Below are positions 1-8,436 of a stretch of 64,000 nt of DNA, one piece after another. Origin of the DNA: Bdellovibrionales bacterium (lineage in GTDB: Bacteria; Bdellovibrionota; Bdellovibrionia; Bdellovibrionales; UBA1609); NCBI GenBank assembly GCA_965202645.1, contig OZ241840.1, positions 492,088 to 556,087 on the forward strand, given 5' to 3'. The notes below the pieces were generated by a model. That model did not search any database. It saw nothing but the letters and a program-made list of their open reading frames with translations, and was not told the origin of the DNA. The first letter of the stretch is position 1, and each line of letters starts with the position of its first letter. A program made the translations under genes and the position numbers.

Positions 1-670
1 TAACGCTGTCGTCATTATGCGAGTGTTCCGAGATATAATAATGCAGCAACTCGTGAATAACAACAATATGAAAATCAAAGTCATTGCTGTATATCTTATC
101 TCGGTTAATCCAAATATCGGATTCTATCGAAGAGGAAACAACACCTAACAGAGGGATGCGTGTTCCTTTTTTGGTGTTTGTTCCGTATTCTCCGCCCTCA
201 AAATAAGAGGCTGGAACAAAACAGACCTCATTTTTTGGAAATTATATATTTGACACCGCATTTGTAAAACCTTGAACGGTTTATGCACGGCAAAAGTTAA
301 ACAAAATCAATAATTTATATTATTAACTATCTGTTTTCTTAGTTTTATGCACGCTTTTTGCGCTAAATCATTAAAACCTCCTGTAAGCCTTACATTTAAA
401 GGCCATCACAGGTTTTATGCGGCTTTAAGTGTATAATTCCCCATTTTTTCCATTCCCTGCAATGCAATTAACCGGATCAGGCTTTTCCTTGAACTTAAAA
501 AGGGTTTCCCCTACAATTTCCTCTACCTTATTAAGCACATACTTAATCTCACTCAACCTGTCGCTATGAACAATATAAGTTGGCGGATCAATGGGGCCTA
601 TTGTGTTATCCCCGCCAAAAGGCTGGAAGCACACCACAAAAAAGAAAAAACTCATTCCTGTATATCCCAT
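1..670 (-). pseudogene. HExxH-motif (putative zinc metallopeptidase-like) gene interrupted by a 205-bp MITE; 3' part runs off the window
   Basis: Minus ORF 670->450 (MGYTG...IAGNGKN) and open frame 236->1 (EVCFVPASYFEGGEYG...IVVIHELLHYYISEHSHND) share the same phase once 237-449 (213 bp = 71 codons) is removed. The HELLH motif was read directly. Confidence 0.6.
237..441. mobile_element. MITE family A, copy 1 (205 bp)
   Basis: Imperfect terminal inverted repeats GGAAATTATATATTTGAC and (rc) GGGAATTATACACTTAAA. Flanked by the exact 8-bp direct repeat CATTTTTT at 229-236 and 442-449. Near-identical copy at 44249-44453. Confidence 0.85.
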
Positions 671-951
671 TGTTAAGCCCCCAAGCTATCGTAAGCAATA
701 TCGTTATTTTTGTGGAAAAAGTCAATTTTTTTGCCGAGCATAAGTCAGACTTTAGGCGAAAATTGCGTTTTTTGCCGGTGTGCCGAGCTGGCGCTTTTCC
801 TCCCCGTTTTTTCAGCTGGCCTTTTTGTTATGGAATACAGCTAAAGGCAATGACAAAGATTGCCCCAGCTGAAAAAAGCCAACTGGCAGAGTTTGAGCGT
901 GATAGCCCGGTTTGCCATGATAAACTCTGGATTATGCCCTTAAATCAATAA

Positions 952-1028
952 TGGTCGGACCGACAGGATTTGAACCTGCGACTTCCACCGCCCCATGGTG
1001 GCGCGCTGCCTGACTGCGCTACGGTCCG
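952..1028 (-). tRNA. tRNA-Pro (anticodon GGG)
   Basis: Reverse complement folds as a cloverleaf: acceptor CGGACCG/CGGTCCG, anticodon stem CCACC/GGTGG with loop AT-GGG-GC, T-loop TTCAAAT, encoded CCA. Confidence 0.93.
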
Positions 1029-1090
1029 CAAAGAGGCTTTCAATATATACAGATTCTTTAAAAGGGGCAAACGGATAAAAATTTGCCTCT

Positions 1091-1721
1091 CCCCTATTTA
1101 TATGCGGAAAAATTTATTTGAGGAAATGGCCCCCACGCTTTTTTTAACTCTACCCTGCTTTACATGCGAAAAAATATCAACAGATCCAAATAGCTGTCTT
1201 TCCCCTATTACATGCGGAACAGCCAGAGCTGTCTGAAAAAGCTGGCGGAGGATACCCTGCTTTACATGTGGAAAAATCCGCTGGCCGGGTCGGGGTTTAT
1301 AAGCTGAGGCGGCAAAGCCATTCTCTGGGCTTATTCTAACCCCTTTCGCTTGCAAATACACAGGTTGACACTGAAACTGCCGCAATAACAAGGGCTGTTC
1401 CTGAGTTCGCCCTTACAAAGGCCCTGTTCCTATAAGTTATTGATTTTACTATAATTTTTCTTGTCAAGCCATAAGTTAAGACATACTAGGAAAAAAATCA
1501 GAATCCCTATATTTATAGCAATTTTTATACTAAACTAAGGTCTAAAAGGGCGAACTCGGGACAAGGGCTGTTAATCCTCCGCCCGCAAATACACAGTTGA
1601 TATGCGGGGCTGTGGAAAAAGTTGCCCTGAATGCCTCCGCCCGCAAATACACAAGTTGACAGGCATGTCTAACACGATCTCTGGCATTTCTGGATTCCGC
1701 CCGCAAATACACAGGTTGACA
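1091..1721. repeat. Interspaced repeat array (CRISPR-like layout, no cas genes in window): 4 A-type plus 4 B-type units
   Basis: B units CCGCCCGCAAATACACAGGTTGACA, with GCAAAT anchors at 1352, 1585, 1643 and 1703. A units CCCTGCTTTACATGCGGAAAAAT at 1091-1113, 1152-1175, 1202-1220 and 1254-1277. Intervening segments are unrelated to each other. Confidence 0.5.
1400..1560. mobile_element. MITE family B, copy 1 (161 bp)
   Basis: TIRs CCTGAGTTCGCC and GGCGAACTCGGG. Flanked by the exact 12-bp direct repeat ACAAGGGCTGTT (1388-1399 and 1561-1572). An inverted-orientation homolog lies at 56430-56586. Confidence 0.75.
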
Positions 1722-1744
1722 AAAAGATAAAGAGCTTTCATACT
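1716..1744 (+). promoter_or_regulatory. Candidate sigma70-type promoter for tRNA-His
   Basis: TTGACA (1716-1721), a 17-nt spacer, then CATACT (1739-1744), about 50 nt upstream of the tRNA. The -35 box is the end of the last B-type repeat. Confidence 0.35.
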
Positions 1745-1792
1745 GAATGTTGCTGATCGGGCCAAAAAAGGGCAAAACAGACGCGAAAAAAC

Positions 1793-1870
1793 GGCGGTCG
1801 TAGCTCAGTTGGTTAGAGCTCCAGATTGTGGTTCTGGATGTCGCGGGTTCAAATCCCGTCGATCGCCCCA
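1793..1870 (+). tRNA. tRNA-His (anticodon GTG)
   Basis: Extra 5' G (G-1) opposite discriminator C, acceptor GCGGTCG/CGATCGC, anticodon loop TT-GTG-GT, T-loop TTCAAAT, encoded CCA. Confidence 0.95.
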
Positions 1871-1930
1871 CCTTGCAAAATAGGCCCGTTTGAGAAAACA
1901 ACAAAATATAGGCTTTAAAGAGAGGAGAAA

Positions 1931-2359
1931 ATGAAATTAAAATTTATTCCCCAAAATATTGAGGTGGAGGCGGATCCCAGCAAAACCGTTTTGGAGATAG
2001 GCAGAGAGCTGGGGCTTTTTATTCAATCCTCATGCAATGGGATGTGCGCCTGCGGGGATTGCCGTGTTTTTGTTCGGGAGGGGGAAAGCCACGCGCTTTT
2101 TCCTTCAGTCCAGGAGCTAAAATTGATAGGGCAAGGGCATTACATGGATCAAAGGCGGCTGGCTTGCCAGCTCTATTGTTTTGGAGATGTTGTCATTGAT
2201 CTCTCTGAGCAGGAGGACAGAGCCAATCAGGGCAAAATCTCCCAGCAGTTTTTAAAAAGAGCGCAAAAAAAGAGTCCAGAGGACGCCTATTCCAAGGGCG
2301 ATATTCTCATCGAGGACGATGATGATATAAAACAGATCAAAGAGGGCAAAATCACTTAA
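1931..2359 (+). CDS. [2Fe-2S] ferredoxin-like protein with an acidic C-terminal tail
   Basis: Cys pattern C-x5-C-x2-C (SSCNGMCACGDC) plus a distal RLACQ cysteine, as in adrenodoxin-type 2Fe-2S ferredoxins. RBS-like GAGAGGAG lies upstream. Confidence 0.7.
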   Translation: MKLKFIPQNIEVEADPSKTVLEIGRELGLFIQSSCNGMCACGDCRVFVREGESHALFPSVQELKLIGQGHYMDQRRLACQLYCFGDVVIDLSEQEDRANQGKISQQFLKRAQKKSPEDAYSKGDILIEDDDDIKQIKEGKIT

Positions 2360-2620
2360 CAACTCAATGCTTTAAAATACTCTGCCCATATAGGGATTTT
2401 GATTTTTCGCATAGCATGTTTCGGATAGCTTGGCCAGAAAAGTTATAGTTCAGCCCAATAGCTTAAAAAATAGATTGCCGGCGATAAGCCTAGCCAGCCT
2501 CGCGTGGAGCCTAGCCCATAGTTTGAAAAATAATCATAAAAACAGCTTGTCTTTATAAGCTCAAAGCGCTTTTATGATATAGCTTGTGCGTTTTAAGATT
2601 TTACAGCTTTTTGCCGCGGT

Positions 2621-3175
2621 ATGAAAATTGAGTTTAAAACTTACTTTGACGAGGGCTGTTTCCCGCTCCACAGACTACAGCTTGTCAGAGGATCGCCAGA
2701 GAGAGTCATTTGCTTTCTTATGCTCAATCCCTCTATGGCAGACGACAAAACGGACGACCCGACAATCAAAAGATGCAAAGGCTTTATGACGGACTTAGGC
2801 TATACAGGTTTAATTGTGGTCAATCTCTTTACTGTTATTTCAAAAGATCCGGACAAAATTTATAAAGCTTTGCGGAAAGACTGCGCAATATGGCCAAAAA
2901 GGCTTAAAGCCCAGCCAAACAAGCCTAATTTAAAATCATCAGCTAACCATATAAAATACGCTTTTAAAATTTCTGAAATTATTGTGGCCGGATATGGAGC
3001 TTTAAAACACAAAAACGCAATTAAACGGGCGGAGGAAATTTTTAAAATGACAAAAAAACCTATTTATGCCCTTAAGCTGACAAAGAGCGGCTTTCCGGGC
3101 CATCCGCTCTATTTAAACAAAAATCGCCATTTAACTCTTTTCAGAAGGGCTGGCTCAGGACACAAAATAGCGTAA
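2621..3175 (+). CDS. DUF1643-family protein
   Basis: ICFLMLNPSMADDKTDDPTIKRCKGF...VVNLF matches my recollection of the DUF1643 signature (fimlNPS.ad...DpT...c). No search was run. Confidence 0.6.
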   Translation: MKIEFKTYFDEGCFPLHRLQLVRGSPERVICFLMLNPSMADDKTDDPTIKRCKGFMTDLGYTGLIVVNLFTVISKDPDKIYKALRKDCAIWPKRLKAQPNKPNLKSSANHIKYAFKISEIIVAGYGALKHKNAIKRAEEIFKMTKKPIYALKLTKSGFPGHPLYLNKNRHLTLFRRAGSGHKIA

Positions 3176-3254
3176 AAATAGTGTTGCGCCAGCGCTCACA
3201 AACGGCTTATATTTGTTTGGCCGGAATGAAGCCCGGTTAAAATCAAATTGCAAA

Positions 3255-3869
3255 ATGAGCGCATTGGATCGGGACATAAAAAACACTCTAGGCTACACCC
3301 GGCCCCTCGCTGTTTTAAATAGATGGCTCAAACAAGCTTGTAAAATCAAGGGGATAAAAGAGCCTTGGGCTATGGTTTTATCCACAAGCTATAAGCGGAA
3401 AGCCAGCTCCCGTGTTGTTCTTCTAAAAAAAGTCAATCAAGGACGGCTGATTTTTTACACCAATTATTTGAGCGAAAAAGGGCGGGATATAGCCCACAGC
3501 TCTTGGACAGCTGTTAATTTTTATTGGCCCCAGCTGAGTCAGCAAATCCGCATAGAGGGAAAGGCTCAAAAGCTCAGCAGAAAGCAGTCCGTTTTATACT
3601 GGAAAACCAGATCCCGCTCCAGCCAGCTCAGCCAATGGATCTCAAAACAGTCTCAAGAGGCGGAATCCAGACAACAGCTGAAAAATTTAAAAAAAGCGGC
3701 GGAAAGGCGCTTTAAAAATAAAGAGATTCCCTGCCCAAAAAATTGGGGAGGCTATGCTGTGTCCATTCAGAAAATAGAATTTTGGAAAAACCGGGATCAT
3801 CGCCTGCATGACCGCTTTTTGTTCAAAAAAAAAGGCTCTGGATGGGAAAAACAAAGGCTTTTCCCTTAG
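3255..3869 (+). CDS. pdxH: Pyridoxamine 5'-phosphate oxidase
   Basis: Collinear with E. coli PdxH: RWL.QAC, FYTNY.S.KG, ...WGGY.V....IEFW..R.HRLHDRF...P at the C-terminus. The ORF is open from 3213; the Met at 3255 fits the homolog length better. Confidence 0.9.
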   Translation: MSALDRDIKNTLGYTRPLAVLNRWLKQACKIKGIKEPWAMVLSTSYKRKASSRVVLLKKVNQGRLIFYTNYLSEKGRDIAHSSWTAVNFYWPQLSQQIRIEGKAQKLSRKQSVLYWKTRSRSSQLSQWISKQSQEAESRQQLKNLKKAAERRFKNKEIPCPKNWGGYAVSIQKIEFWKNRDHRLHDRFLFKKKGSGWEKQRLFP

Positions 3870-3886
3870 TTTTAAGCGGGTTGTCG

Positions 3887-4066
3887 CTTGACCTAAATCC
3901 CATTATGATCTTCAGTTTTCCAGAGTTCAAGCTTTTAGGGTTAGCTGTGTTATGGATGGAGCCAGCCGGCTCAAGAGCCGGACGCCCGTCCCGATAAAAA
4001 TAAGCTTGGTCTCTGGAATAAAGGCAGGTTTAGCCTCGTGAATAGGTCAAGAAAGCTAGCTCAATT
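3887..4066 (+). repeat. Family C element, copy 1 (about 180 bp; candidate structured RNA or palindromic MITE)
   Basis: Roughly 85% identical by eye to the reverse complement of 12181-12361. Long-range complementary arms: 3887-3895 with 4043-4051, and 3920-3934 with 4002-4016. Inner hairpins CCGGCT-CAAG-AGCCGG and GGAC-GCCC-GTCC. Confidence 0.6.
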
Positions 4067-4221
4067 TAAAATTTTAGGCCGATTGTTTAACAGCCAGCCG
4101 GCAGGCTGAGGCTGTAAATAAGCCCTTGATTTTAGCTAAAACCGGGTTTTTAAAAGTTTTATAGGCCGGAGCGGAATTTTAAGCTATACTGCATTAGAAG
4201 GCAAGATTTAAGGAGCGCCTC

Positions 4222-5793
4222 ATGGGCTTTTATGAAACATTTTATATCTTTATAATGGGATGGCCTTTTGGCTTTTTGCTGGCCTGGATTTGGAGCAGTC
4301 TGGAAAAAAGGATCATGATCAAAAAAACAAAGCTGGAGGGAGGGCATATCCTCCAAGAGGCTCAAGAGAAAGCGGACGCTTTATTGGAGAAATGCCAAAA
4401 AGAGGCTCAAAGCACGCGGGAAAAAACATGGCGTATCTTTGAGAGGGAAAAAGAGCAAATCAAAGCCCATATCAAAACGCTTCAAGCTGTGGCGGATAAG
4501 AAGTCCCAGCAGTTGGCGCTAAAACACAGGGAAAAGAGCGCCCTTTTTAGCGCGCTGAAAAAAACCGCCCATCACATTCAGCGGGAGCATGCCCATTACA
4601 AAAAACAAAAGAGCCAACTGCGCTTGGATTTAAAACAACACGATCAAGACTCAGCTCAAAAAATTAAAAGCCATTTTTCCATTAACGCGGAAAAGCTAAG
4701 AGAGGAGCTGAAAAAAGAAATTGAGGACAGCTGGACAGATAAAATCAGAGAGGAATGGGAGGCGAAAAGCAAGCATAGCAAACAAAACCTTCAAAAAGAC
4801 TCTGTTTTTCTTTTAAATAAGGCTCTCAGCCGCTTTGACCGAGTTTATTGCCCGGAAAGAGGCATAAGAGCTGTCCCTTTTAAAACAGACAAACAGATGG
4901 AAAGAGCATTTGGCCCAGACAATGTTTATTTGAATGAGATTGAAAAAGAGTGCGGCGTGGATATTTTGCTCAACAAAGAGGACTCGCAGGCCTCTGTTTT
5001 TGGCATCGATCCCGTGCGCCGGGAGCTGGGCCGAGTCACTTTAAAAAAACTGCTCAAAAAGAGAAAAATAGATCTGCCGTCCATAAAAAAAGCTGTTCAG
5101 CGCTCTAAAAAAGATCTATTTGCCAAAATCCGCCGGGATGGGCAGGCCATCTGCAAAAGATTGAGGCTTAAAAATGTGGCGCCGGAGGCGCAAAATATGA
5201 TGGGGGCTTTGAGGTATAGATATTCGTTTGCTCAAAATCAGCACTTTCACTGTGAGGAGGCGGGCTGGCTTTGCGGCTTATTGAGCGCGGAGTTGAGTTT
5301 GCCGGTAAAGCCGGCGCAGAGAGCGGGCATGTTCCATGACATTGGAAAAGCCATGGATCACTCCATTGAGGGAAATCACGCTGTGATTGGAGCGGAGTTT
5401 CTCTCCAAGCATGGGGAGAGAGAGGAGATTCTTCACGCTGTCCGGGCGCATCACCATGATGTTCAGCCCTCCACCGCTTTGGCCTATTTGGTCATTGTCG
5501 CCGATTCTATCTCAGGCTCCCGTCCGGGCGCCCGCAGATTCACAGAGGATTCTTACAGCCAAAAAATGGCCAGTTTAGAGAGAATTATAGACAGCTTTGA
5601 GAACATTGAGGACGCGTATATTATGAGCGCCGGCCGTGAAATGAGAGTTATAGCGGACAACAAAAAAGTCAGCGATCAAGAGGCTTTAGAGCTAAGTCAA
5701 AAGATTGCCAGAAAAATTGAAAAAGAGTGCGCTTATCCGGGATTGATTAAAGTCACTGTTGTTTTGCACAGTGAAAAAACAGCCATAGCTTAG
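4222..5793 (+). CDS. rny: Ribonuclease Y
   Basis: N-terminal hydrophobic segment, long coiled-coil, KH-like region, and an HD domain (GMFHDIGKAMDH...HHHD). Confidence 0.93.
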   Translation: MGFYETFYIFIMGWPFGFLLAWIWSSLEKRIMIKKTKLEGGHILQEAQEKADALLEKCQKEAQSTREKTWRIFEREKEQIKAHIKTLQAVADKKSQQLALKHREKSALFSALKKTAHHIQREHAHYKKQKSQLRLDLKQHDQDSAQKIKSHFSINAEKLREELKKEIEDSWTDKIREEWEAKSKHSKQNLQKDSVFLLNKALSRFDRVYCPERGIRAVPFKTDKQMERAFGPDNVYLNEIEKECGVDILLNKEDSQASVFGIDPVRRELGRVTLKKLLKKRKIDLPSIKKAVQRSKKDLFAKIRRDGQAICKRLRLKNVAPEAQNMMGALRYRYSFAQNQHFHCEEAGWLCGLLSAELSLPVKPAQRAGMFHDIGKAMDHSIEGNHAVIGAEFLSKHGEREEILHAVRAHHHDVQPSTALAYLVIVADSISGSRPGARRFTEDSYSQKMASLERIIDSFENIEDAYIMSAGREMRVIADNKKVSDQEALELSQKIARKIEKECAYPGLIKVTVVLHSEKTAIA

Positions 5794-5837
5794 CCGGCGC
5801 CTCAATTATCACGGAGGCTGGATTTGAAAGCTCGTGC

Positions 5838-5935
5838 TGAGTTCGCCCGCCTTACATTGGACTATAATGTTTCTTATCAAGCTGTCCATTAAGGCATGCT
5901 ATGAAAGAGTCCCTATATTTAAGCATTTTTTATGC
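5838..5935. mobile_element. Degenerate, truncated family B MITE
   Basis: Begins GCTGAGTTCGCCCGCCTTACA and shares ACTATAATnTTTCTTnTCAAGC and TCCCTATATTTA blocks with 1400-1560. The right TIR is absent. Confidence 0.4.
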
Positions 5936-6072
5936 CAAAAACAATGGCTTTGCCCGGCCTTTTAATCCGTACGATCCTCTGGCTCCAAAATAGCTTTCAT
6001 CCCTTGCTATTTGACTTTGGGAAACAGGCTGTTTTTCCCGCAGCGCTCAGCTATTCTTATACAAATGTTTTT

Positions 6073-6336
6073 TTAAGATTTTTTTCCGATATTGCCAAAG
6101 CCTTTATATTTTTTCATAAACTTTTCCGCTCGGCCCTCGGTGTCTAGCAGTCTTTGTTTCCCCGTGTAAAAGGGATGAGACGCGCTGGAGACATCAAAAG
6201 AGACCAGAGGATAGCTTTTGCCGTCAACCTCTATAGTTTGTTTGGTCTCAACAGCGGATTTGGTGATAATTTGAAATCCGCTGGAGATATCCTTAAAAAC
6301 CACCGGCCTTGTTTTAGGGTGTATGTCTTTTTTCAT
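6073..6336 (-). CDS. rpmE2: 50S ribosomal protein L31, type B (no CxxC zinc motif)
   Basis: MKKDIHPK...DVSS.SHPFYTGKQR matches YkgM-type L31. No cysteine pairs are present. Confidence 0.9.
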   Translation of the reverse strand: MKKDIHPKTRPVVFKDISSGFQIITKSAVETKQTIEVDGKSYPLVSFDVSSASHPFYTGKQRLLDTEGRAEKFMKKYKGFGNIGKKS

Positions 6337-6500
6337 GGCAAAAGGTTAAATACCACAAAGCGGCTTGAGATGGCAAGAGTTAAATTCTCAGCTCAATAAG
6401 ATTCGCCAAAATTAGCGCTAATTAACGAAAAATGAGTGGGAATAGGGTCAAATATAAAAAATATTTTGACTTTTAATCTGAAAAGGGATATTTTAAATTT

Positions 6501-6736
6501 ATGGAATATATAGATAAGCTTGTCCCTTTATTCACAGTTGGAATTTTCTTTATCGGGTTTTTAGCTTTGCTTAATTCTCTTTTAAATTCAAAAATAGAGC
6601 TTTTAAAAGCTAATCAAGCCCGTTTTGATAGCGAGCTTACAGGCATAAAGCCCGTTTTGACATAGAGCTTAAAGGCATAAAAGAAGGTCAAGCTAAACTT
6701 GAGGCTAAGCTTGATCAGCTTTTAGAAAAAGCTTAA
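6501..6736 (+). pseudogene. Small N-terminal-TM coiled-coil protein (GQAKLE family), frameshifted by a 32-bp tandem duplication
   Basis: ATG 6501 gives MEYIDKLVPLFTVGIFFIGFLALLNS...GIKPVLT*, stopping at 6665. Units starting at 6618 and 6650 (GCCCGTTTTGA...GGCATAAA) are 32 bp apart. Deleting one unit yields a 67-aa ORF ending ...GIKEGQAKLEAKLDQLLEKA*. Confidence 0.55.
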
Positions 6737-6790
6737 TTTTGTCAGGCGCCAGCCAAGAGGATTGTCTTTTATCCTATAAAGATCAAACCA

Positions 6791-7417
6791 ATGGAAAGTT
6801 TAGATTTTATAGAGAGAAAAGCGGAAGGCGGAGACTCAGACGCTCAATATAAATTAGGCATCCATTATCAGGGCATGAGGAATCGAAGCCTTGAAAAGGC
6901 TTTTCATTGGTTTGAGCGAGCGGCACAGCAAGGGCACACTCAAGCTCAATACCAGTTAGCCTTTTGTTATCAGACAGGCTGGGGCGTAAAACAGAGCGAT
7001 AAGTTTGCTCTCCATTGGTATAAGCAGGCGGCAGAGAAAGGGGATGCGATCGCTCAACATATTTTAGGCGTCATCTATGAGACAGGCTGGGGGGGAGAGC
7101 AAAGCTTTGAGCAAGCTATCTATTGGCATAAACTAGCGGCAAATCAAAAATATGCGGATGCTCAATACAAATTAGGCGTCCTTTATTATGATGGCCATGG
7201 CGGGAGGCAAAACTTTAAAGAGGCTTTCCATTGGTATAAGCTTGCGGCAGAGCAAGGGCATATTCCGGCTCAATACTATTTAGGCATCCTTTATCATAAA
7301 GGCCAGGGTGTAAAGCAAAATTTTTTAAAAGCTGAAGAGTGGCTTCAGCGGGCGGCGCAACGAGGGCTTTCGGAGGCGCAAAACTATTTAAAAAACCAAT
7401 TAGAGACTTCTTATTAA
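6791..7417 (+). CDS. Sel1/TPR-like repeat protein
   Basis: Five or six tandem units of about 36 aa, of the form AxxWYxxAAEQGHxxAQYxLGxxYxxGxGVxQ. Confidence 0.9.
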   Translation: MESLDFIERKAEGGDSDAQYKLGIHYQGMRNRSLEKAFHWFERAAQQGHTQAQYQLAFCYQTGWGVKQSDKFALHWYKQAAEKGDAIAQHILGVIYETGWGGEQSFEQAIYWHKLAANQKYADAQYKLGVLYYDGHGGRQNFKEAFHWYKLAAEQGHIPAQYYLGILYHKGQGVKQNFLKAEEWLQRAAQRGLSEAQNYLKNQLETSY

Positions 7418-7508
7418 AAGAAAACTAAATGTATTAAAAGCCTATTATCTAAAAAAATTATTGGACAAAGGGCAAAAAAGCGGTTAATAGCTTTTAAAAG
7501 GCGTATTT

Positions 7509-8132
7509 ATGGCTTTAAGGAAGGCGAGATTTAAAACTCAAAGGCGGCTGGGGACAGAGCTTCCGGGGCTGGGCAAAAAAGGCGCTTTAGAAAGGCGGCC
7601 CTATCCGCCTGGAGAAAGCGGAAATAAACGGAAAAAATACTCAGATTACGCTCTCAGGCTGGAGGAAAAACAAAAGCTTCGCTATCATTATGTTTTAAAG
7701 GAGCGCCAACTGCGGCGGTTTATCCGCCACGCCAAAACAGGCCAGTCCAGCCATTGGATCAATAAGCTGATCTCTTTGCTGGAGAGGCGATTGGATAATA
7801 TTATTTTTCGCTTAGGCTTTGCCCCCAGCATTCCCGCGGCCAGGCAGTTGATAAATCACGGCCATGTCCTTTTAGGAGGAAAAAAAGCGGATATTCCCTC
7901 CATGATTGTTAAGGAAAATCAGGATGTCTCCATCAAAGAGAAATCCTTAAAAAATCAAATTGTTTTGCAGGGTCTGCAAAATCCCAGGCTGGAAATGCCG
8001 GATTACTTGAGAAAAGAGGAAAAACAAGGAAAAATCATCGGCATCCTTCAGGCTCAGCCCCATTTAGAGCATATCCCTTTTGACTTTAACGCGGGGGCTT
8101 TTACAGAATACTACGCCGCCAGAAAAGCCTAA
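7509..8132 (+). CDS. rpsD: 30S ribosomal protein S4
   Basis: MARY/ALRKARFK...SDYALRLEEKQKLRYHY...RLDNIIFRLGFA.S...ARQLINHGH, typical S4 plus S4 RNA-binding domain. Confidence 0.95.
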   Translation: MALRKARFKTQRRLGTELPGLGKKGALERRPYPPGESGNKRKKYSDYALRLEEKQKLRYHYVLKERQLRRFIRHAKTGQSSHWINKLISLLERRLDNIIFRLGFAPSIPAARQLINHGHVLLGGKKADIPSMIVKENQDVSIKEKSLKNQIVLQGLQNPRLEMPDYLRKEEKQGKIIGILQAQPHLEHIPFDFNAGAFTEYYAARKA

Positions 8133-8206
8133 AAACCAAGGCTTTTTAAAACAGCAGGATGTATTTTTAAACCTGTTCAGATAGTTTTATGACCGCGCTT
8201 CCGGTT

Positions 8207-8436
8207 TGTCGGCTCTATTGGCGGGGGTTATGGGACGCGGGGCGTGGCAAATGCTTCCCCCGTCTATTGGCTGGCTGAAAATGGCAGAATGTATGGGGGT
8301 CGGACGCGCGGCTGGTCGTGGCAAATGCTTTCCCCGTCTATTGGCTGGCTGAAAATGGCAGAATGTATGGGGGTCGGACGCGCGGCTGGTCGTGGCAAAT
8401 GCTTTCCCCGTCTATTAGTTGGCTTAAAATGGCGTC
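8207..8436. repeat. 74-bp tandem repeat, about 3 units
   Basis: GTGGCAAATGCTTTCCCCGTCTATTGGCTGGCTGAAAATGGCAGAATGTATGGGGGTCGGACGCGCGGCTGGTC starts at 8244, 8318 and 8392. The last unit decays into the 3' end of the DoxX gene. Confidence 0.9.

Noticed and set aside
580-1904. ORF-track entries 580..951(+), 970..1236(+), 1098..1391(-), 1542..1904(-) and 1571..1765(-).
   Set aside because: They overlap tRNA-Pro, tRNA-His, the interspaced repeat array or MITE B. Their translations repeat because the DNA repeats (for example CQPVYLRAE x3). They have no RBS or family resemblance, so I treat them as non-coding.
2360-2620. About ten occurrences of ATAG(C/T)T-like words at roughly 20-25-bp intervals between the ferredoxin and DUF1643 genes.
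   Set aside because: The core is only 4-6 nt, the spacing is irregular and there is no longer conserved context. Such words (ATAAGC, ATAGCT) are common throughout this window, so the pattern is probably compositional.
8244-8400. A sigma54-type promoter look-alike, GTGGCAAATGCTTTCC, present in each 74-bp repeat unit.
   Set aside because: The -12 element reads TTCC rather than the conserved TTGC. No gene lies downstream on that strand (DoxX is convergent). Its recurrence is explained by the tandem repeat itself.
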